NCBI GenBank assembly: GCA_963707025.1
Contig: CAVPOM010000017.1
Span: forward strand, 128,001 to 192,000
Direction: 5' to 3'
DNA: 64,000 nt
Source: an uncultured Verrucomicrobiae bacterium
GTDB lineage: Bacteria > Verrucomicrobiota > Verrucomicrobiia > Limisphaerales > Palsa-1400
In this document: piece by piece, positions 44,801-53,652 of the stretch
Layout: each line of letters begins with the position of its first letter
Numbering within the stretch: the first letter of the stretch is position 1
Translations under genes and position numbers: made by a program
The notes under the pieces: model-generated
Seen by the model: only the letters and a program-made list of their open reading frames with translations
Told to the model about the DNA's origin: nothing
Databases searched by the model: none

Positions 44801-44950
44801 AAGAATCGTTTGCCGTGTTGTTATTGTTTAATATGTTAATTATGAGTCACTTGTGAATTATTATCGAATCCTTTCGAAATCATAAAGAGTGTCATTATGT
44901 CTCTTATACGACATGGAAGTCGCAATTCAAGTGGGCCACTGTGACACTAT

Positions 44951-45085
44951 GGCGGTTTAAGAAATTGTGTAGCTCTAAATGAGGGTGGTAGGGCGCGCAC
45001 TCCGTGCGCGCCGCGGCGGGTCCCGATAATTCGGGACCGGGACCCTGCCTTGTAATGCGGCTACAGTATTTGTGAAACCGCTCTA
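44951..45085 (+). repeat. ~135-bp REP-containing MITE-like element, copy 1
   Basis: Ends GGCGGTTTAAGAAAT / ATTTGTGAAACCGCT; internal GTAG-type REP GGTAGGGCGCGCACTCCGTGCGCGCC and hairpin GGTCCCGA-taat-TCGGGACC; close copy at 55893-56026. Confidence 0.88.
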
Positions 45086-45096
45086 ACCAGTATCTT

Positions 45097-45538
45097 TCAC
45101 TTCACCGTCACTGGGAAGCTGGCTTCGGCTTGGATTGGGGGGCCGACGATGATGAGTTTGGCCTGCCAATCCCCGGCGATCTGCGGTTGCACGGTCACGC
45201 GATACTGGCCGGGCGTGGAAGTGCGCAGGGCTTTGAAAATGCTGTGCGTGATGGAGCCAGGACCGGCCAAGCCCAGTTCAAATCGGACAGCGCCGACATC
45301 CACCAACCTCCCGCCGCCGTCACGGAACTCAATGAAGACGTCATTGCCCGCCGGTCCCAAATGCCCTTCCGAAGTGAACAGATTGGCCGTCAGATTGGTA
45401 ATCGGCGTGGTGGCAAAAGGCTGGCCGGAACATGACATGGACGGGCGGCGGTTTGGAGCGGTTCCACACCAAACAGAGAACCACGCCCAGGACAATGACC
45501 ACCGGCAAAAGATAGAATGCCTTCAGAAAAGTTTTCAC
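45097..45538 (-). CDS. YtkA/FixH-like membrane-anchored Ig-fold protein (frameshift ~45425)
   Basis: GTG start with TM anchor (KAFYLLPVVIVLGVVLCLVW) in one frame; GNDVFIEFRD..PGQYRV..AGDWQAKL in the other. Confidence 0.6.
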
Positions 45539-45785
45539 TTCACGACTCAGCTTTGGAGTGTGCCGGCAAGTCGGCACCACTTTCGCCAAGCGGGACCAAG
45601 CTTCCCGCACGCCGGACAATGCCACCTTCGGCCCCGGCCCGCAACCCCATCGTCAACCTCTGGTCCCTTCATCACTATCCCGGCGGCATAAAATCATCCT
45701 GGCATCCCGTACACTTGACTGGAGAACGGTCCTGGCCGGCGCGAATAGCCTTGACAACTTCCGCCAATCCCGCCACCATACGCCC

Positions 45786-47368
45786 ATGAGCCAAGGCGTT
45801 GACAAGCGGTTTTCGGCGGGCAAATCGAAACTCATCCTGGGTGTGCTCGTCTGCGGTCTGATCGGCGCGGCGTTGGCCTTCCGCATCCCCGGCGCGGGCG
45901 GGGCTGGCGTCAGCACTACCTTCAAGCTGCGCGAGGTTTCCGCTTTTGGCGTGGACAAGGACCACTTCCTCCGGGGACAACTCTGCCGCTGCCAGGACAA
46001 GCCATTCGCGGAGGTGAAGAATTATCCCGACTTCGCCTCCAAGGCGCCCATCTTCGGGTCGGTTCGGTTTGGCGCGAAAGCGGACCAGACCAACTCCGGC
46101 TGGCTGTATTATTTTGCCGTGGATGAAAGCCGCGGCACCGGCAAAGGCTATGACCGCCTTTATTTTGACAGCAACCAGGACTTGGACTTGCGCAATGATC
46201 CGGTGGCCAAACTCCAGCAGCATTCGCCCGATCATGCTAATGCCGTGAACTTCGGCGGCACCAAGGCGAACGTGGCCTTCGATTTTCTGAAGGTCAACCT
46301 GGCCGGCAGCGACGGCGCCTCCAACCTGGTGGAACTCATGCCGCGCCTCCTCGTCACGGCGAGCGACACGCAAACCTACTGCTACCTGTTTTTCGTGCGC
46401 ACCCGCCTTTTTGAAGGCGACATCCGCATAGGCGGCGAAAAGTTTCACGCCCAGCTCGGCAATGATTATGCCATAACACCCGGCTTCGATTCCCCCTCGA
46501 CCGCCCTGGTTCTGAGCCAGGGGCGCAATACCATTGATTGGTGGGGCGGGGACCGGCAATCGGCTATTCACAAGGTGGACGGCCACTTCTACCGCCTTTC
46601 CGCCACCCCGGCCGGCGAGTTGACCGTGCATCCTTATGAGGGAGAGTTGGGAACCTTTGAAGTGGGAGCAGGCGCCCGAAAACTGACCAATTTCAGCCTG
46701 TCCGGTTCTTTGCGCGCCAAGGATTGGGCCGTGCCGGTGGGCGGCGACATCCAAGACGGCCGGCCTGTCGAGGCCAAGCGTTGCCAGATTCCGGTGGGCG
46801 ATTACCTGCCGGAGTATCTCTCCCTGCAATTCGGCCGGCTGCAAATAAATGTTTCGCAAAACTACCATTCGGAAGGCAAACGGCAGAGCCGGGAAGGCCG
46901 GGCGGACGTTTTCGGAATGGCCGTCCGCAAGGACCAGCCGTTCGTGCTGGATTTCTCCAACAAACCCGACGTGATGTTCGCTTCCCCCGCCCCGGGTCAG
47001 CGGATCAAAGCGGGCGACACCCTCATGGTCATGGCCGTGCTGGTGGACCCGAAACTGGACATCATGATCCGCGGACTGGACGACACTTCGCGCAAGCAGA
47101 CCAAGGATGCCGAGGGCAAGCCCCTGGGCTATGAACGGACCCTGCCGCTGGATCCCACCGTGATCATCACCGGGCCGGCGGCGAGAAAGTGGCTGAGGGC
47201 GTCATGCCCTTTGGGTGAGACGGCACCTGCGGGTATTCATGGCGAGTGCCAAAAGATCTCAAACTGGACGGCCGGGCGGAAACTTTCAACATCCAGGTGT
47301 TTTACGACACGCTGGAACTTTACGGCAAGGTCAGCGCCAGCCGCCCCGTCACGGTCTATCGCGAATGA
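45786..47368 (+). CDS. Putative exported selenoprotein C (MPFG-U-DGTC); Sec at 47216-47218; 1-nt frameshift ~47171
   Basis: N-terminal TM; YDRLYFDSNQDLDL shared with paralogs; restoring one C gives EKVAEGVMPFG-TGA-DGTCGYSWRVP plus an open tail (49 aa after TGA) to the stop at 47366-47368. Confidence 0.8.
47232..47250 (+). promoter_or_regulatory. SECIS-like hairpin 1
   Basis: GGTATTC-ATGGC-GAGTGCC, loop at +21 after TGA. Confidence 0.8.
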
Positions 47369-47442
47369 ACGGGGCGCCGGGCCGCGGATCAACCAAACTT
47401 GTCGTCCGCTGGCACAAAAATTCAATGAAAGAAAGAATCCTT

Positions 47443-48234
47443 ATGATCCCAAAGTTCCATAAAGCAAACCGCGGCTTTGCCGTGGCGGCCTTCTTGCTGG
47501 CGGGCCTCGGACTGGTGACGCTGACGGACGCGCAAACCGGCGCCAATCCCGACACCACGGCCCCCGCGCAGGCAGATGGTCCGCCGCGCATTCTCGCCAC
47601 CTCGCCCAAGAGCGGCGTCAACAATGTGGATCCGGCTCTGAAGGAGATCACCATCACCTTTGACCGCGACATGGAAGGCGGCATGTCCTGGACCGGAGGC
47701 GGGCCGGCCTTTCCCAAATCGCCGGAGGGGGCGAAGGCCCGTTGGCGCGACAAGCGCACCTGCGTTTTGCCCGTGACGCTCCAAACCGGCCATGACTACC
47801 GCGTCGGCATCAATTCACCCAGCTTTCAGAATTTTCGGAGCGCCGCCAGCGTGCCGGCCGCGCCCACCGCCATTGTCTTCAGGACCAGCGGCCCGAAGGT
47901 CGAAAGCAAAGCGCCTGAGATTGTCAGCCTCAACCCGGCCAATGGCGCGAGCGATGTCAGCCCGGCGCTGACCGAGTTGCGGGTCACCTTCAACATGGCC
48001 ATGGGGAATGGATGTTCCTGGACGGGCGGCGGTCCCAGGTATCCCGTTATTCCTGCCGGGAAGAAAGCTTCTTGGAGCAAGGACCACAAAACTTGTGTAT
48101 TGCCGGTGGAGCTGAAACCAGGCTCGTCGTATCAATTGGGCCTCAATAGCCTGTCGTACAAAGGCTTTCAGAGCGAAGACGGCGTTCCGTTGAAACCGGT
48201 GACCTACACCTTCAAAACGAGCGATGCGCCGTGA
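47443..48234 (+). CDS. Exported protein with two bacterial Ig-like (Big_5-type) domains
   Basis: Signal peptide; two repeats P.I...P..G...V.PAL.E...TF...M..G.SWTGGGP..TCVLPV.L. Confidence 0.82.
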   Translation: MIPKFHKANRGFAVAAFLLAGLGLVTLTDAQTGANPDTTAPAQADGPPRILATSPKSGVNNVDPALKEITITFDRDMEGGMSWTGGGPAFPKSPEGAKARWRDKRTCVLPVTLQTGHDYRVGINSPSFQNFRSAASVPAAPTAIVFRTSGPKVESKAPEIVSLNPANGASDVSPALTELRVTFNMAMGNGCSWTGGGPRYPVIPAGKKASWSKDHKTCVLPVELKPGSSYQLGLNSLSYKGFQSEDGVPLKPVTYTFKTSDAP

Positions 48235-48271
48235 CTGTTCCGTAACGCGCTGATGCTTCCCGGGCTGCTGA

Positions 48272-50038
48272 ATGGTTGCCATCAATGTTATGAAACCTGA
48301 TCGGGCCGCCAGAACCTCCCTGATCATTCCTCGATGTTTCCAAGCAGCCGCTGCCGGAAACACCGGGGTTCTGCTGGCGTCTTTGATTTTGTTTCTCTCC
48401 GCTTGCCCGCCAGCCAAGGCCCGCGAAAGTCCACCTGCCGCCGGGGCCGCGGTTGGCGCCGCAGTTGACTTGTTGCAACGCTATCCGACCAAGTTGGCGG
48501 CGGGCGATACCAACCCGAATCAAGCCCGGTCATGGGAATTCACGGACGGCGACATCTTTCGGGTGACACAGTTTCGTCTGGCGGCGGGCAAGGAATTGCG
48601 GGTGGAGACAGGGCCCGCTGACCTGGGCATCGGCCACTGCGCGGATGGCGCCGTCTGGGCGGTGCTCATCCCGCGAGCCGGCGGAACACTGACCAGTCAA
48701 GAGAGCAACCAGGAAGCCATCGCCCATGTGTGGCTTCGGTTTCACCCGAAGGAGATCAGACACCTGTTCCCGCCGGAGACGGTGTTCGCCGGCGGAGCTG
48801 TCAACTTGTCAGCCCAGATGCGCCTCATTGCCAATGCCAAGATGACTTCAAGCTGGCAGGCCGGAGGCAGGGCCATGATTCCGGAGCCAAAGGACATGAC
48901 CGTGGATGTGGATGCCAAGAATGGCTGGCGTCGGTTCTTCGCGGTGGATCAGCAGTCCCAAACGGCAGAATACGTTGACGCCTTCGCCAACCGGTCCGTC
49001 AAGCTCCCGCCGCCTCTGACGCAAGGCGCAGCCCAGGCGGCTTTTGATCAACTCTGGGAGGCATTCGATCGCGACTACGCCATGTTCGTGCTCCGCCCGG
49101 AAGTGGATTGGGCAAAGTTGCGCGAGCAGTATCGTCCGCCGGCGCTCGCCAGCAAATCCGCCTATGAGTTGGCCGGCGTCTGCGCGGACATGCTGGCCAA
49201 GCTCCGCGACCTGCACATCTGGCTGACGGTCGCCGGCGCGCCAGTCCCGGTGTTTAACCGGCCCCGGTCAGCCAATGCCAATCCGCGAGCCTGCCAGGCC
49301 CTTCTCGGCGGTTTCAAACAGGAAGGACGGGTGGCTTGGGCCGTCACGACCAACCACATCGGCTTCATCGCCATCTTCGGCTGGGACGATCCGAAGATTC
49401 CGGCGCAGTGCGGCGAAGCCCTGGAACAAATGCGCGCTACCCGCGGGCTGATTGTGGATGTGCGCCTGAACGGCGGTGGTGGCGAACCATTGGCCGCACG
49501 ATTCGCGGGCCGTTTTCTGGAGAAGGAGTTCGTCTATGCCTTTAGCCAGTTTCGGAACGGCCCAAGCCACACGAACCTGACGGACAAGTCCCAACGCGCC
49601 ATCGCGCCGCGCGGGCCGTGGCGCTACGACCGTCCCGTCCTGTTGCTCATCGGCCAGAAGTGCATGAGCAGCGATGAATCCTTCGTCGGCATGATGACGG
49701 GCGACCCGCAGGTCACGACCATGGGCGATCACACTTGCGGCTCCAGCGGCAACCCCGAAATCGTCCGCCTGCCACTGGACATGACGGTGAGCGTGCCGCA
49801 GTGGATTGATTACCTGCCGGACGGCACGCCGCTGGATGAGCGCGGGTTCCAACCGCAGATTCCGTTTCAGCCGGCGCCCGGCGCGTTTGAAGGCGGTCGG
49901 GACGACCTGCTCGCCGCCGCGCTGGCGCGTCTGAGTCAGGCGCCTTTGCCCGGCAAACAGATTGAAGGACCCGTGTTTGAACCCGCGACTTCCGACCTGC
50001 CGGATCATAGCCAGGGCGTGGAGGAAGAAGCCAAGTGA
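48272..50038 (+). CDS. S41 family peptidase with Tricorn-C1-like domain, possible lipoprotein
   Basis: FDQLWEAFDRDYAMF..VDW, LRDLH, IVDVRLNGGG, CMSSDESF, TCGSSGNP; LSAC lipobox-like. Confidence 0.9.
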   Translation: MVAINVMKPDRAARTSLIIPRCFQAAAAGNTGVLLASLILFLSACPPAKARESPPAAGAAVGAAVDLLQRYPTKLAAGDTNPNQARSWEFTDGDIFRVTQFRLAAGKELRVETGPADLGIGHCADGAVWAVLIPRAGGTLTSQESNQEAIAHVWLRFHPKEIRHLFPPETVFAGGAVNLSAQMRLIANAKMTSSWQAGGRAMIPEPKDMTVDVDAKNGWRRFFAVDQQSQTAEYVDAFANRSVKLPPPLTQGAAQAAFDQLWEAFDRDYAMFVLRPEVDWAKLREQYRPPALASKSAYELAGVCADMLAKLRDLHIWLTVAGAPVPVFNRPRSANANPRACQALLGGFKQEGRVAWAVTTNHIGFIAIFGWDDPKIPAQCGEALEQMRATRGLIVDVRLNGGGGEPLAARFAGRFLEKEFVYAFSQFRNGPSHTNLTDKSQRAIAPRGPWRYDRPVLLLIGQKCMSSDESFVGMMTGDPQVTTMGDHTCGSSGNPEIVRLPLDMTVSVPQWIDYLPDGTPLDERGFQPQIPFQPAPGAFEGGRDDLLAAALARLSQAPLPGKQIEGPVFEPATSDLPDHSQGVEEEAK

Positions 50039-50085
50039 ACGTGCGGTGCGGCAAAAAAGCCCCCCAAGTCACCGCCAGCAGCGCG

Positions 50086-50973
50086 TTAAATTGATGACTT
50101 GTTCGTATCGCTCGGCGGCGTGTTTTGCGGCAGGGCGAAGCACGGCTCCAGGGCGCCGCAGGTGGCGCATTCCAGGCAGCGGATGCAGCCGGAGACGTTG
50201 ACGGCCTGGTCCACTTTCACGCCCATCGAGCAGCGGCTGCGGCAGAGGTTGCATTCGACGCACTGCTGAGGATTGAACCGGAGATGAAACAGGCTGAATC
50301 GGTTGAAGAGCGCGAGCAGTCCGCCGAGCGGACAAAACATCCGGCACCACGGCCGGTGAATGAAAAGCGCGACGGCAAGGAATGAAAGCAAAAGCCCGGT
50401 CTTAAAACCGCTCATGATCCACCCGTGGCCGGCCAGCAGGCTTTGCACCGAGTAAGGCACGCCCGCTTCCAGCGCGCCCGCCGGACAAAGCCGGCAGATG
50501 GACACCACCTGCTTCTCAAACGGAATGCCTTTGTAACCCAAAATCAGCGGCAAAAGAATCACCAGCCCGCCCAGAACCACGTAACGGATGCTGCCGGTCC
50601 AGGACGGCAGGTTGATTTTCCGAGTTGTGATTTTGCCAAGCAAGTCCTGGAGAAAACCGAACGGACAAGCCCAGCCGCAGACGATGGAACCGCCCACCGC
50701 GCCAACCAGCAGCAGCACGCCGATCAACAAATACGGCGCTTCCCCAACCACCGGCAGCAGCGCCGCGTAGTTCGCCATCACCCCTATCGGGCAGGCGAAA
50801 GCCGACAGCGGGCACGAGTAGCAGTGGAACACGCAGCCGGGAATGCCATGCAGCCATTGGCCCGCCGGCGCCAGCCACACCCCCAGAAAACCGGTTTGCA
50901 CCCAGGGACGGACGCGGGCAAGCATCCGCCCTCGAGCGGCGGCCTGGGGCAATGCTGGTGGCTGATGGCTCAT
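50086..50973 (-). CDS. Membrane 4Fe-4S binding protein (NapH/YccM-like polyferredoxin)
   Basis: CYSCPLSAFACPIG, CGWACPFG, CRLCPAG, CRMFCPLG, CVECNLCRSRC, CIRCLEC. Confidence 0.92.
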   Translation of the reverse strand: MSHQPPALPQAAARGRMLARVRPWVQTGFLGVWLAPAGQWLHGIPGCVFHCYSCPLSAFACPIGVMANYAALLPVVGEAPYLLIGVLLLVGAVGGSIVCGWACPFGFLQDLLGKITTRKINLPSWTGSIRYVVLGGLVILLPLILGYKGIPFEKQVVSICRLCPAGALEAGVPYSVQSLLAGHGWIMSGFKTGLLLSFLAVALFIHRPWCRMFCPLGGLLALFNRFSLFHLRFNPQQCVECNLCRSRCSMGVKVDQAVNVSGCIRCLECATCGALEPCFALPQNTPPSDTNKSSI

Positions 50974-50983
50974 GGATTAAGAG

Positions 50984-51011
50984 GGCTGAAGGCTGAAGGC
51001 TAAAGGCTGAA
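50984..51011. repeat. 7-bp array (GGCTRAA) x4, left arm
   Basis: ggctgaa ggctgaa ggctaaa ggctgaa. Confidence 0.92.
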
Positions 51012-51043
51012 ACATGGGGGTTGTGGGAAAAATCTTCATGAAT

Positions 51044-51412
51044 TTAGCTTTTTGCGCAGCCTTTGGCCGTTTTATCAACGCTTGTGAAAATTGCGATGAG
51101 TTGGCGCGTTTCCTCGAGCAAGCCGGCCATCCGGGCTTGCGTGACACAACCGCCTTCCACCAGCAGTCCGAGCCAATACTCGGTTTCTTCGATTTCCTTG
51201 AGACAGTCTCCAACCTTGGAAATAAACTCGGCTTTCGACCGTCCGCGCGAAGCCTCGCGATAATTCGCCCCGACCGAAGTTCCCGAACGAAGCACCTGCT
51301 TGCCCAGCACTTGCGCAACCGTGCTGGACTTGGGCAACTTGGAATACAAATGAATGATCCGAAGCGCGAACGCCTTCGTTCTCGGTTTCAAATCTTGCGG
51401 CTCATCACTCAT
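51044..51412 (-). CDS. Four-helix-bundle protein (23S rRNA IVP-like family)
   Basis: DLKPRTKAFALRII, QVLRSGTSVGANYREA, SKAEFISK, EIEETEYWL. Confidence 0.93.
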   Translation of the reverse strand: MSDEPQDLKPRTKAFALRIIHLYSKLPKSSTVAQVLGKQVLRSGTSVGANYREASRGRSKAEFISKVGDCLKEIEETEYWLGLLVEGGCVTQARMAGLLEETRQLIAIFTSVDKTAKGCAKS

Positions 51413-51469
51413 AATGCAAACGACAGATTTCACATTCAAATTCAAACTTATCTCAAAAACGCAGCCGAT

Positions 51470-51511
51470 TTTAGCCTTCAACCTTTAGCCTTCAGCCTTT
51501 AGCCTTTAGCC
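51470..51511. repeat. 7-bp array (TTYAGCC) x6, right arm, inverted relative to 50984-51011
   Basis: tttagcc ttcaacc tttagcc ttcagcc tttagcc tttagcc. Confidence 0.92.
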
Positions 51512-51519
51512 TTTCTAAT

Positions 51520-51538
51520 CGGCCACGCCATGCGGCCG
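51520..51538 (-). promoter_or_regulatory. SECIS-like hairpin 4 (in 3' UTR)
   Basis: Minus strand CGGCCGC-ATGGC-GTGGCCG, loop at +21 after the TGA at 51552-51554. Confidence 0.85.
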
Positions 51539-51542
51539 GGGT

Positions 51543-51917
51543 TTATTTCATTCAAGTGGGACAGGGTGTTTTTGCGCTCGTGTTTACGCGGATTTTCCAC
51601 GCCGGCGGCCGGTAATTGGCCTGTTGTTTGGCCCAGCGGTCCAGCGCCTCGCCCGGATTGGCCACGTTATCCAATTTGGGCGGCGGTGGCGGCGCAACCT
51701 GGTCCGGGTATTGCAGGCCGCTGGAGGAGAAGGCCGTGACCAACTGCGTTTCCCACGCGGTGTTGCCGTCCACCGTGTCCACCTTGGTCAGATGCCGCGC
51801 GCCGCAAAAAACCACCACCGCGCCGGTCAGCGCCACGACGAATCCGCCCCAGAAATCGTGGCCTTCCCGCGCGCGCAACGCGCGGTTGACCGGTGGCTGT
51901 GGGACTCGTTTGAACAT
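51543..51917 (-). CDS. Putative small membrane selenoprotein with C-terminal CxxU (KTPCPT-U-MK); Sec at 51552-51554
   Basis: ATG 25 nt after the tRNA-Sec 3' end; one TM (FWGGFVVALTGAVVVFCGA); TGT CCC ACT TGA ATG AAA TAA then SECIS. Confidence 0.82.
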
Positions 51918-51941
51918 GCTAAAGGGGTGGAGGGGGCAAAT

Positions 51942-52038
51942 TGGCGGAGGTGGATGGGAATCGAACCCACCTGGGACTTTGTTGAGCCCCACACTGGTTT
52001 TGAAGACCAGGAGCGCCACCAGGCCGCCCCACACCTCC
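51942..52038 (-). tRNA. selC: tRNA-Sec (anticodon TCA)
   Basis: GGAGGTG/CACCTCC-G-CCA acceptor, CTGGT-CTTCAAA-ACCAG anticodon arm, long variable arm TGGGGCT..AGTCCCA, GTGGG-TTCGATT-CCCAT T arm; 97 nt. Confidence 0.97.
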
Positions 52039-52352
52039 GCACCGGGTCGCTGCGCCGCCGGCCGATGGCAGGCGTGATTTATTTCCGGTGGGCTTCCTCA
52101 TACACCTATTGTGACAGGTTTGGCCGATACTTCAATGCGAATAAATTACATCGGCCAATCAACGTCTGTCATCCTGCCGCCCAAGCCCGCCACAATCAGG
52201 CCAAACACCAAAAGTATGTATCCGACAGTCGCCATCCCTTCGTAAATTAAACCATGCCGATCAACATGCTGCTCGTGAAACTCAACCCGGCCGCTAGCGC
52301 GATCACTTCGCCAGTTTTTTGATCTCCGCCTCCAGTTCGTCGAGGGCAAAAT

Positions 52353-53621
52353 CTAAGTTCTTGGTTTGAGCATCAGCGGACTGGTCTCCACCTGGAACGG
52401 GCTGACAATTTTGACGCTGCCAGTCAACGGACGCTGCGTATTTTTGGGCTCCCGCCATGAGAGCGAACAAACGCCGCCTCATCCAAACTCGAAAGTGCTG
52501 GAAAAAACCAGGGTTCCAGTGGTGCTGGCCAGCACCAGTTTTGGCCCCTGCGGGCGCTGCCCGCCGCGCAGCATTTCTATGGATTCCTCCTGCCGGCCCA
52601 CAAATTGGAGACTAAAGTTGATCTGGCGGTCGGCCCCCTCCGCCGCCTTGAGCACGGCTTGCACCGGCTCGCCGATTTTGAGCAAGGCGGTCTTGTCGGC
52701 GGCGACCTGGAAGCCGGCGGTTTTTGGAAAACCAGAGCCGGACAGCGTCCAGGCCGCCCCTTTTTCATCCTTGCGGTTGATCGTCCAGCGGACGACCCGG
52801 TAATGGCCGGCCGGCAAGGTGACTTCGCCGTTGACCGGTTTGCGCACGAAATGGCCGTTCTCACCGAAAACGACCAGTTCGGAAATGTTTTCCGGCACGC
52901 GCACCTGGCCGAGCGTGACGTCCTCCGCCTTTTGCACCTTGACAAACGCGCCGTCGCGGGCCACTTCGATCCGGTAAAGCTTGCCGTTGACTTCCAGCAT
53001 CCGGCCCAAGAAATGTTCGCTGGTCTGGTCGCCCTCGATCTGGACTCGGTCGCTGTCATAGGCATCGGCGCCGACGTCGTTGAACGTGCCATTGACGTTG
53101 CCGTCAATCAGTTGGAGGCGCTTTTTCACGCCGTCGAAGTTCACCATCCCTTCATACCAGCCGGCGGAGGAGGCCAGCAATTCCGCGGGGCCGGTTGCGG
53201 ATTCATAAAGCCGGAACTCCAGATGATAGGTGATCGGCCCGTCCCCGCCCTTGAAAACCAGGCGGGCCGGCGGAAATTCGGCGTTGGGATTGGCCCGCGC
53301 TTGGAGAGGCGTTTTGTCGTCCAGCCGGCCATTGCCGTTGCTGTCAATGAAGAGCCGGTCATACGGCCCGCCCTTGCGCGAGCGGTCCAGGCAAACCCAG
53401 CGCCCGCCGCTGGGATCCATCGGCGTCACCCAGCGCGCGAAATAGGGCGCGGCGTTCAGCTTGGGCAGGGCGACGCCGGGCGGCGGATTGGTGGTCAGGT
53501 CCAATTGGTGGTAGGCCTGGCCCTGCGCCCCGGTGTGGTATTGCAGCCTTTGCTCCGTTTGCGCCCAGGCGCTGCCGGCCAGAACCATTCCGGCCAGAAT
53601 CAATTGTTTGGAAAATTTCAT
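52353..53621 (-). CDS. Putative exported selenoprotein B (FEFG-U-GGVC); Sec at 52479-52481
   Basis: Signal peptide (SAWA|Q); YDRLFIDSNGNGRL; ORF-track stop TGA is followed in frame by GGVCSLSWREP.. (41 aa) to TAG at 52353-52355. Confidence 0.85.
52448..52464 (-). promoter_or_regulatory. SECIS-like hairpin 2
   Basis: Minus strand GCTCTC-ATGGC-GGGAGC, loop at +21. Confidence 0.8.
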
Positions 53622-53652
53622 AAGGTCGCGGTTGATTTTTTCTTCCTCAAAT

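Noticed and set aside
47410..47426. Sigma-54 promoter TGGCACAAAAATTCA
   Set aside because: The -12 GC is missing and it lies too close to the start codon
45558..47462. 634-aa ORF with tail GPAARKWLRASC...
   Set aside because: The tail after ~47171 is the wrong frame; the alternative frame matches the paralogs' FG-U-GGxC motif
51044..51412. Avd of a diversity-generating retroelement
   Set aside because: Related fold, but no reverse transcriptase or TR/VR pair in the window
51942..51965. Integrative element at the selC 3' end
   Set aside because: No duplicated tRNA 3' end and no integrase seen
51552..52034. 160-aa ORF as given in the track
   Set aside because: Its first ~39 codons run through the tRNA-Sec gene; the plausible start is 51917
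52146..52352. Short ORF and the fragment ALDELEAEIKKLAK between selenoprotein B and selC
   Set aside because: No convincing start or family; could be a remnant or an alternative-frame tail of selenoprotein B, but unsupported
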